Source: Kocuria sp. (lineage in GTDB: Bacteria; Actinomycetota; Actinomycetes; Actinomycetales; Micrococcaceae). From it: a stretch of DNA of 64,000 nt. Position numbers and translations under genes: made by a program. The notes under the pieces are model-generated. The model worked only from the letters and a program-made list of their open reading frames with translations, had not been told where the DNA came from and made no database searches. How positions within the stretch are numbered: the stretch's first letter is position 1; every line of letters begins with the position of its first letter. The DNA lies in assembly GCA_030524035.1 (NCBI GenBank), contig JAUNHG010000001.1, positions 680,819 through 744,818 of the forward strand. Reading direction: 5' to 3'. This document shows positions 11,301-21,085 of the stretch, piece after piece.

Positions 11301-11338
11301 CCGCGCCGACTGAGGGAGCTGAGGATTCAGGCCAGTGA
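8321..11338 (+). CDS. UPF0182-family large polytopic membrane protein (Rv3193c-like)
   Basis: 1005 aa with about seven N-terminal TM helices, then a large extracytoplasmic domain and an acidic C-terminal tail. Size and position match UPF0182/Rv3193c. Confidence 0.7.
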   Translation: MTAGAAEPPRSPRAPRMKTSNSQSKGRSPLFLTVAIVVALIAAFVAFTQLYTEILWFNQVGYLKVFMTHNIARVVIFVVSAAIVTFLLWLSLWLAHRHRPVTAAAAADDNLRRYQQALEPVRRIGMLVIPVLFGLFTASTMAAQWETVLLFFNQVPFGQDDPQFGMDVGFWVFTLPFLRLIVGFLVSVVLLCGIGAVLVHYVYGGLRITEKGLKFSKAARRQLAVTAAVFLMLQGINFWLDRYATLQSTSGSWAGALYTDVHAVIPVRAIMAAAAVVVALLFLVAAWNGRWRLPLIGTAMLVVVAVVAGSVYPSLVQRFQVTPTEQSRENPFIQRNIDSTREAFGLDNIETKPYAATVDAGEGDLADYAQTTSNIRLLDPNVVSPAFAQLQQFRPYYSFPGTLNVDRYEVDGQVQDTVLAARELNINDEESWYNRHVVYTHGYGLVAAYGDRVQSDGRPSFIQKGILAEGDISKDYEPRIYFGQQSPEYSVVGGASGDEDLELDRPSTTDDETDDVLTTFSGDGGPNVGNPLNRLSYAIRFQSSDLLFSDAVRPESQILYNRNPRERVAQVAPYLTVDGNPYPAIIDGRVKWIVDAYTTSNSYPYSTPMQLQDATADTSTAEGAAAALPDERVNYMRNSVKATVDAYDGSVDLYAWDDEDPVLKAWQNVFPETVKPYSEMSAELMDHVRYPEDIFKVQRELLNTYHVTDANSFYAGDDVWSIPNDPTNDNSTAIPPYYLSLQMPGEDRASFSLTTPFIPQQNQGENTRNVLYGYLSANGDAGTGEDGVKADSYGRMTLLELPRSSVVPGPGQAQNNFNSNTEVSSALNLLRQGESEVLNGNMLALPVNDGVLYIQPVYVRSSGESGYPTLRRVLVSYGEQVGFAPTLDESLDQVFGGDSGAQTVQGAGVSEEQAAEAAGQEKVDEGDQGGESSDSGDGGASLDDALQDASDAMRDSKTALEDNDWAAYGEAQGRLQDALDRALEADGVTATSSPAPTEGAEDSGQ

Positions 11339-11394
11339 CATCGTGACCGAATTTGCTTCTCACGGGCGAGGTGCGTAGAGTACTTACCTGTCGC

Positions 11395-11468
11395 CGCGGG
11401 GTGGAGCAGTTCGGTAGCTCGCTGGGCTCATAACCCAGAGGTCGCAAGTTCAAATCTTGCCCCCGCAA
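11395..11468 (+). tRNA. metU: Initiator tRNA-fMet (anticodon CAT)
   Basis: Cloverleaf folded by hand: acceptor CGCGGGG/CCCCGCA with a C1xA72 mismatch, D-stem GAGC/GCTC, anticodon stem CTGGG/CCCAG (three G-C pairs), loop CTCATAA, T-stem GCAAG/CTTGC. 74 nt. CCA is not encoded (followed by CTA). Confidence 0.85.
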
Positions 11469-11475
11469 CTATGAC

Positions 11476-11514
11476 GGGGGGCTCCCACTCAAAGAGTGGG
11501 AGCCCCCCGTTTTC
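11476..11514. terminator. Bidirectional rho-independent terminator between tRNA-fMet (+) and pspA (-)
   Basis: 15-bp GC-rich stem GGGGGGCTCCCACTC / GAGTGGGAGCCCCCC with loop AAAG. Followed by GTTTTC on the plus strand and a T-rich run on the minus strand. Confidence 0.8.
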
Positions 11515-11520
11515 TGCTGA

Positions 11521-12255
11521 TTAGAAGCGGTTTTGGGTGCTGCTGCTGTGGTTGTGCTTGAGTGCAGATAGTCGGGCGTCAACTTCGGGTTGTTGGCCAA
11601 CGGTTTCGAGGGTTTCAAACTGGTGGTCTAGTGCGGATTCAGGGAGTTGTTGTTGACTCATCGCCCTATATTCTTCCCGGCGGATCTTTTGTTCAAAACG
11701 GGAAACGTCGGAGATAGGGTCCATGATGTCGTATCCCTGTAAAGGATCTTGTAAGGGAGTGGTGCTTCGGCGTTGCCGTGCATCGAGTTCTTCCCGTTTG
11801 GAGGAAAGTTCGCGGAGTTTGCGGTGCATGGTGGTCAAACCGGTTTTGAGTTGATTGACCACTTGGCTTTGGTGCGCGATTTGTGGTTCGGCCCGGCGGG
11901 CTTCGGATTCGTGGAGCATCTGACGTTGTAGGGCGACTTTGGCAAGGTGGTCGAATTTGTCCGCCCCCGTAATGCGGCCGACCATGCGGAATTCGTCTGC
12001 GCGGTTGGATGCCATGAATGCTTTATTGCTCCATTGCTGGGCGTCCCGGAGGTCTTCCGCGTGGTCCTGTTCTAGCAGGCGCAGTTGGGCGGTGGCGGTG
12101 GTTAGCATGGATTCCGCTTCCCTGACGTTTTGTGTGTAGGTGCGGATCATCTGGTACAGCATCTTGTAAGGGTCATCCGCTGAGTCCACGAGCGTGATGA
12201 CGTCTGCTTTGACTAATTGGCTGATGCGTCCGAACAGCGATTGTTTGGCACTCAT
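11521..12255 (-). CDS. pspA: PspA/IM30 family protein (phage-shock protein A-like)
   Basis: 244-aa coiled-coil protein. N-terminus MSAKQSLFGRISQLVKADVITLVDSADDPYKMLYQMIRTY is characteristic of PspA/IM30. Confidence 0.8.
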   Translation of the reverse strand: MSAKQSLFGRISQLVKADVITLVDSADDPYKMLYQMIRTYTQNVREAESMLTTATAQLRLLEQDHAEDLRDAQQWSNKAFMASNRADEFRMVGRITGADKFDHLAKVALQRQMLHESEARRAEPQIAHQSQVVNQLKTGLTTMHRKLRELSSKREELDARQRRSTTPLQDPLQGYDIMDPISDVSRFEQKIRREEYRAMSQQQLPESALDHQFETLETVGQQPEVDARLSALKHNHSSSTQNRF

Positions 12256-12733
12256 CGTAAATTTCCTCCCCTATGGTTGAACACAGTGTGTCCTGGGCCG
12301 CGTTTGTTCAGAAGGCTGTTGACGTGGCCCGCTATGGGATCCCCACATCCCCCAAGAATCTTCTGGCTGATTGTGCGTCCCCGTATTCGATCAGTTCAGT
12401 CAGGTTCAACCACACAGGATACCCTTCAGTAGCCAATGTCATGGAGTGTTTCAGCGCGGATGGTGTAAAGCCCCCGCATAGGGTGCTCGCTGCTTCTCAA
12501 ACGCCTTCGTGAACACTCACACCACCCCCACTGCGGCTATGGTTCTGGGCCGACCTGTCATCTGAGACACCTTCTGCCCAGGACGCTGTTCGCTGGTAGT
12601 GCAGTTCAGTGTGCACCTGCGGTAGAGAATGGCGCATAGCGTGCAGGTGTTCAACGGTTGACGTACAGCTAAGACACAGTCCTTGGGTGATACTGGTTGC
12701 AGTGCGTAATGCGATCCATAAGGAGCACCGTTC

Positions 12734-14116
12734 ATGACTGATGGCCACCAACCGTACGGTTTCCAGCAGCCCGGATCTGCGCCGCAGAGCCCCCCAACGC
12801 AGGTCGGCTACGGGTATCAACAGGCTCCGATCGTTAACGAGAACCCCTATGCCCAGTTCCAGTCTGCGACCAAACGCTCGGACGATGTTCCGTGGGGCGG
12901 GGTGGGCCGTAAAACTTTGATGGCGGGCATGGTGGTAGCCGCATTGGTGGGTGCCGGGGTTTATGGCGTGGTGGACCTCCTCAGCGGTTCGGACAACACT
13001 CCCACTGGTGTCACCCAGCAATCCGGTTCACAGCTGATCGTCAACAATGAAGACTCCGTCAACGCCGTGACGGCCGCCGCAGCCAAAGCTTCGCCGTCTG
13101 TGGTGACGATTTCTTCAACATCAGGAAGCCAGGTGGGGGCGGGCTCAGGCATTGTGCTGGATGATCAAGGTCACATTCTGACGAACGCCCACGTCGTGAC
13201 GTTAGATGGGCAAAGCAGAAAACCTACGTTGGAAGTTCAGCTTGCTGATGGCACGGTTGCTCAGGCGTCAGTTGTTGGAACAGACCCATTGTCTGACCTG
13301 GCGGTTATCAAAGTGGATGTCAAAGGTCTGACGCCTGCTGACCTGGGGGATTCATCCAAAATTAACGTAGGAGATAGCACCATTGCCATTGGTGCTCCTC
13401 TTGGCCTGTCAGGAACCGTGACGGATGGCATTGTGTCGACAACTAACCGCACCATCGCTGTGGCATCCAGCGCTGTTCCCGATACCCCCACTGAGGGTGA
13501 TGCAGATAATAATGAGGCCGATGGGGATGGCTGGAATAACTTTTTCTTTGACTATGGCCAGGGCTCTAGCGGTGAACGAAACGAGTCAGTGTTCTTAAAC
13601 GTTCTGCAAACGGACGCCGCAATCAACCCCGGTAACTCCGGTGGGCCGCTTATCAATACGGACGGTCAAGTGGTGGGCGTGAACGTGGCTATTGCCTCAG
13701 CAGGCTCTTCCGCTTCTGCGGAAGCCGGGGCGGGCAACATTGGTGTGGGCTTTGCGATCCCGATCAACCACGCACAAAGAATCGCGCAGGAGTTGATTGA
13801 AAACGGCGAAGCCACACACGGTTATCTGGGGGCGACGGTGTCAGCATCAGCAGCCGATGACGGTCAAAGCGAAGTCTTTTCCGCCGGGGCTGAAGTGAAA
13901 TCCGTGGAACGTGATTCGCCAGCCAGCGACGCCGGGCTGCGCAAAGGGGACGTGATCCTCAGCTTCAACGGTCATACAGTTCAGGACGCCAACGAACTCA
14001 CAGCGGCCGTGCGGGAACTCCCCGCCGATGGCGAAGGCGAACTGGTGTACACGCGCGATGGCGAGCAGAAAAAAGTACAAGTTACCGTGGGGGACGCCAA
14101 CAAAGCCTCGAACTGA
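12734..14116 (+). CDS. htrA: HtrA/DegP-family trypsin-like serine protease with a C-terminal PDZ domain, membrane anchored
   Basis: Catalytic triad context HILTNAHVV, D in the DLAVIKVD region, GNSGGPLINTDGQVVGVNVA. PDZ in VKSVERDSPASDAGLRKGDVILSFNG. N-terminal Pro/Gln-rich region plus a TM helix. Confidence 0.8.
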   Translation: MTDGHQPYGFQQPGSAPQSPPTQVGYGYQQAPIVNENPYAQFQSATKRSDDVPWGGVGRKTLMAGMVVAALVGAGVYGVVDLLSGSDNTPTGVTQQSGSQLIVNNEDSVNAVTAAAAKASPSVVTISSTSGSQVGAGSGIVLDDQGHILTNAHVVTLDGQSRKPTLEVQLADGTVAQASVVGTDPLSDLAVIKVDVKGLTPADLGDSSKINVGDSTIAIGAPLGLSGTVTDGIVSTTNRTIAVASSAVPDTPTEGDADNNEADGDGWNNFFFDYGQGSSGERNESVFLNVLQTDAAINPGNSGGPLINTDGQVVGVNVAIASAGSSASAEAGAGNIGVGFAIPINHAQRIAQELIENGEATHGYLGATVSASAADDGQSEVFSAGAEVKSVERDSPASDAGLRKGDVILSFNGHTVQDANELTAAVRELPADGEGELVYTRDGEQKKVQVTVGDANKASN

Positions 14117-14119
14117 GGT

Positions 14120-14608
14120 TTATACGTCTGAGCCGGTGAATCCCAGCTGCCTCCATGCCTCATATACCGCGATAGAGGCTGCGTTGGCCAAGTTCAAGGA
14201 CCGACGGGATGCCAGCATCGGAATACGGACTTCCTCTGTCACGTGGGGGTCGTGTTTATGATCCGCGGAGAGCCCTTGAGATTCTTTGCCGAACATCAGC
14301 ACGTCATCTTCTTGCCAGCGGATATCCGTGTGTTTGGTGGTGCCCGTTGTGGTGAAGGCAAAAACCCGTTCGGGCTTCAACGCATCCCACGCCGCATCAA
14401 GTGAGGGATGAAGACTCATCACGGCTAGGTCGTGATAGTCCAATCCAGCGCGCCGTAGATGGGCATCCTGAAACGTGAACCCAATGGGTTCCACAACGTG
14501 TAACTCCGCCCCGGTGACGGCGGCCAACCGAATGGCGTTGCCCGTATTGCCGGGGATTTCAGGTTCTACGAAGAGGATGCGCAGCATATCCACGATTTTA
14601 GGGGCCAC
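14120..14608 (-). CDS. trmL: tRNA (cytidine/uridine-2'-O)-methyltransferase TrmL (SpoU family)
   Basis: LFVEPEIPGNTGNAIRLAAVTGAELHVVEPIGF matches the TrmL/YibK signature. Confidence 0.8.
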   Translation of the reverse strand: MAPKIVDMLRILFVEPEIPGNTGNAIRLAAVTGAELHVVEPIGFTFQDAHLRRAGLDYHDLAVMSLHPSLDAAWDALKPERVFAFTTTGTTKHTDIRWQEDDVLMFGKESQGLSADHKHDPHVTEEVRIPMLASRRSLNLANAASIAVYEAWRQLGFTGSDV

Positions 14609-14631
14609 ACCGGAAGTTGCGGCAGTCGTGA

Positions 14632-15393
14632 TTACTCTTCCCGGAGGTCCTGTTGCAGGAAAAGCACGGACCCATCCCGCAATACCTGCCGTAGCACAGT
14701 GCGACGTGGTGAGGCGTCGGTGCCGCGCAGGATACGGCCAGAATCCCCACCTGCTACGGCGTCAGCCACCGTAAGGTTCAGTTGCGCTATTCGGCCCGCG
14801 CCGTGCCACTGACTCAGGATGTTAGGCCCACCTTCGCACTGCACTCGCTGGTATCCGCGTGCCACCAGCTCGTGGTGCGCCCATACCGGGTCCACATGAC
14901 GGTCTTCTCCCGCCATCACGACGTCTGCAACTTCACTGAGCGCCTTCACCTTGTCTGGCGGTGCCTGCGCACCTGTAAGGATCAGAGGTGGCACGGGAGC
15001 TTCCGCTAGGAAAGACACTTGAGGGTCCATCTGAAGCGACCCTGAAACCACAGCGAGAACAGGATGCGGTGGTAGCCCGTTGGCCACCCGCCATGCCGCA
15101 GATTCAGAGCTGACGGCCAACCCCTTATACCCCTCTGCCAGTAGCGTCGCGGAACCAACAATGACCACATCGGCCACACTACGTAGCACGTCCATAAGCA
15201 TTTGATCCGTGGGGGAGGACAGTCCACCGGAAAGCCCGTCTAAGCTGCTCGCTCCGTCCAGGGAGGCCACCATCATCGCCGCAGCTCCCACCTTGGCATC
15301 GGGCCACGTGCGTGCATAGTGCTCCCGTAATTGCTGCACTTCAACTACCTGAGGTTCTGGCCATAAACGTTGCATCTGAAACCGTTCAGACAT
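14632..15393 (-). CDS. Dihydrofolate-reductase-like protein (RibD C-terminal domain family)
   Basis: 253 aa. DHFR-fold RibD_C-like motifs (VVIVGSATL..., RVQCEGGPNIL...). Confidence 0.6.
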   Translation of the reverse strand: MSERFQMQRLWPEPQVVEVQQLREHYARTWPDAKVGAAAMMVASLDGASSLDGLSGGLSSPTDQMLMDVLRSVADVVIVGSATLLAEGYKGLAVSSESAAWRVANGLPPHPVLAVVSGSLQMDPQVSFLAEAPVPPLILTGAQAPPDKVKALSEVADVVMAGEDRHVDPVWAHHELVARGYQRVQCEGGPNILSQWHGAGRIAQLNLTVADAVAGGDSGRILRGTDASPRRTVLRQVLRDGSVLFLQQDLREE

Positions 15394-16357
15394 TGCGTTC
15401 TCCCATGTTGTGCACCAGTTCTATGGGTTCACGCAGTCCCATAATTGTTGCTGCCATGTCTAAAGCTCGGCGGGCCGCTAAAGCGTCGTGCATCCGGAAA
15501 ATCCGCGCTCCGGCGAAGGCACAGGCCACGGCGGCTACCAGTGAACCTTCTCCTCGGTTTTCGCGGTCAAGACCTAATGATTCGCCGATGAAATCCTTAT
15601 TGGACACTGCAGCCATTGCTGGATACCCCATGGCAGCAATATCAGAGAATCTGCGGGTGAGTTCCAGGGAATGCATGGTGTTTTTGTTCAGGTCATGTCC
15701 GGGGTCTACCATCAACCGCTCACCGGGGATACCTGCCGCTAATGCGTGGTCCACACGCTCTTGCAGAAACGCGATCACCTCCGCTACGACGTCATCGTAC
15801 TGAGGGCGCGGAACGACGGTCCGGGTGCTGTGGGGTGTGGTGGTTTTGGAGTGAGTAATCACCAGATGAGCCTGGTGCTGGCGGATGACATCAGCCATCT
15901 CCGGGTCGGAGATTCCTGTGGTGTCGTTCACCACCGTGGCCCCAGCGGTCAGGCAGGCGTCCGCCACCGCCGCATGGAAGGTATCTACGGAAATAATGGT
16001 GGATGGGCAACTGGTATGCAGGGCTTCAACGACTGGCAGAACACGGTCAGTTTCTTCGTTCGGTGACAGGGCGCGGCCCGGGGCAAACGGCACTCCGCCG
16101 ATATCCACCCAATCCGCACCTTCGGCCACAGCAGCTTCCGCCCCTGCCAATGCGTGCTTCAGCTCAAAAGTGCGACCACGGTCAAAGAATGAGTCAGGGG
16201 TTCGGTTAATCACTGCCATGACCAGCAACTCCGTACGGAAATCGACGGTACGGGGCCCTATCTGGCGTACCGGTTGAGTAAAGCAAGGGTGGTACGTATT
16301 GGTCACAACATGAGGGGGTTTGTGCTGATTCACGAGCTTCAGGCTACCGGGCGCCAC
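15386..16357 (-). CDS. folP: Dihydropteroate synthase family protein (FolP/FolP2-like); true start probably about 90 nt downstream of the ORF-track start
   Basis: Pterin-binding motifs VMAVINRTPDSFFDRGR, GADWVDIGG, VDTFHA, SNKDFIG. The N-terminal 30-40 aa of the listed ORF look like over-extension. Confidence 0.7.
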   Translation of the reverse strand: MAPGSLKLVNQHKPPHVVTNTYHPCFTQPVRQIGPRTVDFRTELLVMAVINRTPDSFFDRGRTFELKHALAGAEAAVAEGADWVDIGGVPFAPGRALSPNEETDRVLPVVEALHTSCPSTIISVDTFHAAVADACLTAGATVVNDTTGISDPEMADVIRQHQAHLVITHSKTTTPHSTRTVVPRPQYDDVVAEVIAFLQERVDHALAAGIPGERLMVDPGHDLNKNTMHSLELTRRFSDIAAMGYPAMAAVSNKDFIGESLGLDRENRGEGSLVAAVACAFAGARIFRMHDALAARRALDMAATIMGLREPIELVHNMGERNV

Positions 16358-16397
16358 ACACGGCTTGTTGGGGCGTGGGCGGTTCTACACTGGGCGT

Positions 16398-17657
16398 ATG
16401 TCTGCCCACAGCCAGGCCGCTGCCCCGCAGCCACCTCTGAACTCCGGTGATCGTGCACCCGTGTATTTGGATCATGCCGCTACGCACCCCACATTGCCGC
16501 AGGCCATTACCGCAATGGTTGAGCAACTGCGTCGGGGTGGCAACCCTTCCGCCATTAACTCGGCAGGCCGGGCAGCTCGCCGCGTATTGGAGGAAAGCCG
16601 AGACACCATCGCTAAATTGTTGACTGCAGATCCTGTGGAGATCATTTTCACCTCCGGCGGAACAGAGGCAGACAATTTAGCGGTGAAAGGTCTGTACGCC
16701 CACCGTCATGGGCAGGACGCGCGGCGGACCAAGATTCTCATTTCAGCTATTGAACATCCTGCGGTGACCGAAAGTGCGCAATATATGGCAGCGCAGCACG
16801 GCGCCGTTGTGGAGTACATTCCGGTGGATCAGAAAGGGTTTGTGGATCCTGACGCTGTGCGACAGATGATCGCAGCTGACCCATCAGCTATTGCCTTGGT
16901 CGCTGTGATGTGGGCGAATAATGAGATTGGTACGGTCCAGCCGGTGGCTCGGGTGGCGCAAGTGTGCCACGAATACGCTGTGCCTTTGCACGTGGATGCT
17001 GTTCAAGCCTTCGGCGCGATCGCCGTGGACGCATCCCTGCCAGGGATTTCCACTCTGGCGGTATCTGGCCACAAAATCGGTGCCCCGGTGGGATCAGGGG
17101 CCCTGGTAGTAGGCCGGGAGGTCAGCGTCGGCCCCATACTGCACGGCGGTGGCCAGCAGCGTTCTATGCGCCCGGGCACCATGGATGCTGCCGCTGCGGT
17201 GGCTTTCGCGACGGCAGCGCAGGTAGTGAGCGCGGACTTGGCGGAGGAAGCCGAACGGTTGGCCACCCTGCGGGACACGCTGATTCACCAGATTCGCGCG
17301 GCGATCCCGGACGCTGTGCTGCGCGGCCCGGAGGACGTTGACCACCTGGGTGTGCGCTTACCGAATAACGTGCATTTCACGTTCCCGGGTGCTGAGGGGG
17401 ATTCGCTGCTCTTCCTCCTGGATGCAGCCGGATTTGCAACCTCCACCGGCTCGGCTTGTTCGGCGGGGGTGCCGCGTCCTTCAACGGTGCTGTTGGCTTT
17501 AGGGTTGGATGAGGATACTGCCCGGGGTGCTCAGCGTTTCACATTGGGGCATGGTTCTACGCGCGACGACGTTGATGCTCTCCTCGCTGTTTTGCCTGAT
17601 GTGTATGCCAAAGCGTGTGCCGCGGGAATGGCTGGGCGGGTTTCGTCGTTGCATTAG
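16398..17657 (+). CDS. iscS: Cysteine desulfurase (class V aminotransferase, IscS/NifS-like)
   Basis: PLP-lysine motif [23 protein letters not shown], and the C-terminal active-site Cys region GSACSAG. Pairs with mnmA as in mycobacteria. Confidence 0.8.
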   Translation: MSAHSQAAAPQPPLNSGDRAPVYLDHAATHPTLPQAITAMVEQLRRGGNPSAINSAGRAARRVLEESRDTIAKLLTADPVEIIFTSGGTEADNLAVKGLYAHRHGQDARRTKILISAIEHPAVTESAQYMAAQHGAVVEYIPVDQKGFVDPDAVRQMIAADPSAIALVAVMWANNEIGTVQPVARVAQVCHEYAVPLHVDAVQAFGAIAVDASLPGISTLAVSGHKIGAPVGSGALVVGREVSVGPILHGGGQQRSMRPGTMDAAAAVAFATAAQVVSADLAEEAERLATLRDTLIHQIRAAIPDAVLRGPEDVDHLGVRLPNNVHFTFPGAEGDSLLFLLDAAGFATSTGSACSAGVPRPSTVLLALGLDEDTARGAQRFTLGHGSTRDDVDALLAVLPDVYAKACAAGMAGRVSSLH

Positions 17658-17737
17658 GGTCAGCTGTGCTGCCACTGTGTGGTGGGCACCTGAATTACAC
17701 CATCAATATCTTTTCCGGCGTACAGGAGAAAAGTTCA

Positions 17738-18940
17738 GTGCGAGTACTCGCAGCTATGTCCGGGGGTGTGGACTCCGCCGTCGCAGCCGCCCGCGCCGTT
17801 GACGCGGGGCACGATGTCACAGGTGTGCACCTAGCCTTGAATCGCATGCCCGGAACTTTGCGTACGGGTTCACGTGGCTGTTGCACGGTGGAGGATTCCA
17901 ACGATGCCTGGCGGGCTGCAGAGAAACTGGGCATTCCGTTCTACGTCTGGGACTTTTCCGAACGCTTTAAAGAAGATGTTGTGGACGACTTTGTGTCCGA
18001 GTATGCGGCGGGCCGCACCCCCAACCCGTGTTTGCGGTGTAACGAGAAAATCAAGTTCGCTGCTCTCTTAGATAAAGCCTTAGCTTTGGGTTTCGACGCT
18101 GTGTGCACGGGTCATTACGCACATGTGGTGATGGTGGATGGCTATCCTCAGTTGCACCGAGCTGCAGAGGACGCCAAGGATCAGTCCTACGTTTTAGGTG
18201 TGCTCAATGAGCAACAACTGCGGCATTGCCTGTTCCCGCTCGGCGATACCCCGTCGAAAACCTTGGTTCGGGAGGAAGCACAGCGCCGGGGTCTATCTGT
18301 AGCAGCCAAACCAGATTCGCATGACATCTGTTTTATCCCTGATGGGGATACCAGGGGGTGGCTGGCTGAACGCATTGATCTGCAACCTGGTCCGATTGTG
18401 GATGCTGAAGGTGCTGAACTGGGAGAGCACGACGGCGCATTGGCCTATACGGTGGGGCAGCGTAAGGGACTGCGGATTGGGCGTCCTGCGCCGGATGGCA
18501 AACCCCGGTTTGTTTTGGAAATCCGCCCTAAGACCAACGAGGTGATTGTTGGAGCGCGCGAGGACCTTGCCGTCAGTACGATCCGGGGGATTCGGGCGTC
18601 CTGGGCCGGGCAGCTGGTGGAGCAGTTCCGGCAGTTTATGGAACAGTTCGATACCCTCCGGGCAGGGCAGACGTCGGAACGAATCCGCGTGGAAATCCAG
18701 GTGCGTGCCCACGGTGATTCCCTGCCTGCAACAGCCTGGTTGGAAGTAGCTGCAGAGGAAACCGAAACGGCAGACACCGGTGCCATGTACCCCGAATTGG
18801 TTGTGGTTCTGGATACCCCCTTGTCAGGCGTCGCTCCCGGACAGTCCGTTGTGATTTATGACGGCACACGGGTTTTGGGGCAGGCGACTATCAACAGCGC
18901 TCGATCAGGTGTGCCTGCTGACCTAAGATCTTCCGTATGA
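17738..18940 (+). CDS. mnmA: tRNA-specific 2-thiouridylase MnmA
   Basis: PP-loop [18 protein letters not shown], zinc/Cys motifs CLRCN...KF, and the C-terminal MnmA domain. GTG at 17738 follows AGGAG. Upstream ORF-track residues overlap the iscS end. Confidence 0.85.
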   Translation: MRVLAAMSGGVDSAVAAARAVDAGHDVTGVHLALNRMPGTLRTGSRGCCTVEDSNDAWRAAEKLGIPFYVWDFSERFKEDVVDDFVSEYAAGRTPNPCLRCNEKIKFAALLDKALALGFDAVCTGHYAHVVMVDGYPQLHRAAEDAKDQSYVLGVLNEQQLRHCLFPLGDTPSKTLVREEAQRRGLSVAAKPDSHDICFIPDGDTRGWLAERIDLQPGPIVDAEGAELGEHDGALAYTVGQRKGLRIGRPAPDGKPRFVLEIRPKTNEVIVGAREDLAVSTIRGIRASWAGQLVEQFRQFMEQFDTLRAGQTSERIRVEIQVRAHGDSLPATAWLEVAAEETETADTGAMYPELVVVLDTPLSGVAPGQSVVIYDGTRVLGQATINSARSGVPADLRSSV

Positions 18941-19266
18941 AGGCACCCCAGAATGGACCCACTCCCGCCTTGGAGGAGCTGCGTTCCATCAGGAACACCA
19001 TTGACAACCTGGATGCAGCGTTGGTGGGAATTTTGGCGGAGCGCTTTAAAGCCACCCAGCGTGTGGGGGAGTTGAAAGCGGTCAATCATTTACCGCCTGG
19101 TGACCCCCAACGAGAACAGCAGCAGATTGATCGCTTGCGGGAGTTAGCGGCTCAAGCTCAGCTGGATCCCGAGTTTGCGGAGAAGATCTTGAACTTCATT
19201 ATTAGTGAGGTTATTCGCCGCCACGAACGTATTGCGGAGCAACTGCGCACTGAACCACATGTCTGA
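18937..19266 (+). CDS. Chorismate mutase (AroQ class)
   Basis: [36 protein letters not shown] is the AroQ helix-1 signature. ATGA overlap with the mnmA stop. Confidence 0.75.
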   Translation: MKAPQNGPTPALEELRSIRNTIDNLDAALVGILAERFKATQRVGELKAVNHLPPGDPQREQQQIDRLRELAAQAQLDPEFAEKILNFIISEVIRRHERIAEQLRTEPHV

Positions 19267-20305
19267 ACCACCGACTGCACCATCGCGCGCCACGGCCACA
19301 GTTTTGGCCCGGTTACCGGGAACCAACATGTTGGAAACAGTCACTGTGCTGCGTGGAGAGTTAGGGGCCCCACACCGTGGGGTGATTCCGGTTTTGGCCG
19401 CGCGGTCGGATACTGCAGGGCCGATCCCACGTACCGTCAGTCTGCTCACAGAATTAAGTTGCGATTTACAGCCACATGGTTGGCGGATCAGGCGTCATAC
19501 CAGCAAAGAATCCCGAGCCGCTGAGGCTCTGCTTGCCAGCGATATCAATGTGGTGGCTGATGTGATTGGTGCTGAAGGCGGTGGCGACCACAGCCCGGTG
19601 ACCATTGAGTTTGTGGGACCGATCAGCCTTGCTGCGCAGTTGTATCTGCATCACGGGGAGCGCGTGGTGCAGGATCACGGGGCTCGTCGTGATGTAGGTG
19701 AGGCCATGGCAGACGGTATGGGGTCACTGATTCCCCGGGTGCGGCAGTCCCTGGAAGGCCGTGACGTGGTGGTGCGGTTGGACGAGTCGTGGCTGCACCG
19801 CACTGTGATGGGGCAGATTCCCACAGCCAGCGGCTACCGTACGTTGCGCGCTGTGGCCCGTGCGGAAGCAATGCAGACGCTACGTGGTGTGGCGGAAGCG
19901 GCTCGGGCACAGTCGGCCACGGTGGAAATCCTTGTGCCACCGGAGCAGGATCCACGGGAGATTGATGAGCAGGTGGCAGATGCTGTGCTGTTGAACCATC
20001 CTGGTTCGGATCCTCAGGCGTGGGAACCTGTTGCTGCTGTGGTGGATAGTGGGAGGGGGATTGGTGTGCTGTTACCTGAGCTGACACAGGGTACACAGCG
20101 CCAATGTCTGCCCCAGACCGGAGAGTTAGTGCGCAGCATCACCCGTCCCTGGCGTAGCGTAGGTTTGGCTCCTGCTCTACTCGATACTGTTAGCGTGGCC
20201 CCTGGTCCTGGACTTGAGCACGCAACACCCGACGATGTGCGACGGTCCTTGCAACTCGCCACGGATCTGGCTCACGGTCTGCACCATACAGCGCAAGAAG
20301 CGTGA
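19259..20305 (+). CDS. Hypothetical protein; possibly a MetE-C-terminal/UROD-fold family member
   Basis: 348 aa beginning MSEPPTAPS, overlapping the chorismate-mutase stop by 8 nt. Weak resemblance to cobalamin-independent methionine synthase-like proteins only. Confidence 0.35.
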   Translation: MSEPPTAPSRATATVLARLPGTNMLETVTVLRGELGAPHRGVIPVLAARSDTAGPIPRTVSLLTELSCDLQPHGWRIRRHTSKESRAAEALLASDINVVADVIGAEGGGDHSPVTIEFVGPISLAAQLYLHHGERVVQDHGARRDVGEAMADGMGSLIPRVRQSLEGRDVVVRLDESWLHRTVMGQIPTASGYRTLRAVARAEAMQTLRGVAEAARAQSATVEILVPPEQDPREIDEQVADAVLLNHPGSDPQAWEPVAAVVDSGRGIGVLLPELTQGTQRQCLPQTGELVRSITRPWRSVGLAPALLDTVSVAPGPGLEHATPDDVRRSLQLATDLAHGLHHTAQEA

Positions 20306-20386
20306 GATCATGCCTAATAGCACGGTAAAGCCATGCCTGTTTTCTACGGCATGCCCTGCGGTGGGCCATGGCACACCGAACAGCGA

Positions 20387-21085
20387 ATGGACGGAGTGAC
20401 GGTGAACGCACGCATCCTGGTGGTTGACGATGACGACGCCTTGGCGGAGATGATCGGCATCATCCTCAACGCGGAGGATTATGAAACGATCTTCTGTGCC
20501 GATGGTGCGCAGGCAGTTCAGGTGTTCCAGGAATCCAAGCCCGATCTTGTGTTGTTGGACCTCATGCTTCCTGGTAAAGATGGCATTCAGATTTGCCGAG
20601 AAATCCGAGCGACGTCCGATACCTCTATTGTGATGCTCACCGCCAAATCCGATACTGAGGACGTGGTGCGTGGGTTGGAGGCCGGTGCTGATGACTACAT
20701 TCCCAAACCATTTAAACCTGTGGAGTTGTTGGCAAGAGTCAAAGCTCGATTGCGTCCGGGAACACGCGCCACCAGCAACATTTTAGAAGTGGGGGATGTT
20801 GCCATTGACATTTCCGGGCACCGCGTAACCCGGGGAGACCGAGAAGTTCCGTTGACGCCGTTAGAGTTCGAATTATTAGCAACCCTGGCTCGCGCTCCTG
20901 AGCAGGTTTTTTCTCGGGAAATGCTGTTGCGTGAGGTGTGGGGCTATCAGCATGCAGCGGATACCCGTTTGGTGAATGTTCACGTACAACGGTTGCGGTC
21001 TAAGGTGGAGCGCGATCCAGAAAACCCACAGATTGTGGTCACGGTACGGGGTGTGGGTTACCGGGCCGGTCACCCTGAGCGTTGA
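20387..21085 (+). CDS. mtrA: OmpR-family response regulator MtrA
   Basis: RILVVDDDDALAEMIGIILNAEDYET...LLDLMLPGKDGIQICREIR...MLTAKSDTEDVVRGLEAGADDYIPKPFKPVELLARVKARLR is near-identical in pattern to mycobacterial MtrA. Winged-helix C-terminus. Confidence 0.85.
   Translation: MDGVTVNARILVVDDDDALAEMIGIILNAEDYETIFCADGAQAVQVFQESKPDLVLLDLMLPGKDGIQICREIRATSDTSIVMLTAKSDTEDVVRGLEAGADDYIPKPFKPVELLARVKARLRPGTRATSNILEVGDVAIDISGHRVTRGDREVPLTPLEFELLATLARAPEQVFSREMLLREVWGYQHAADTRLVNVHVQRLRSKVERDPENPQIVVTVRGVGYRAGHPER

Noticed and set aside
12497-13021. 174-aa minus-strand ORF
   Set aside because: It lies antisense to the 5' part of the well-supported htrA gene. This is a typical spurious long ORF in GC-rich DNA, with no motifs.
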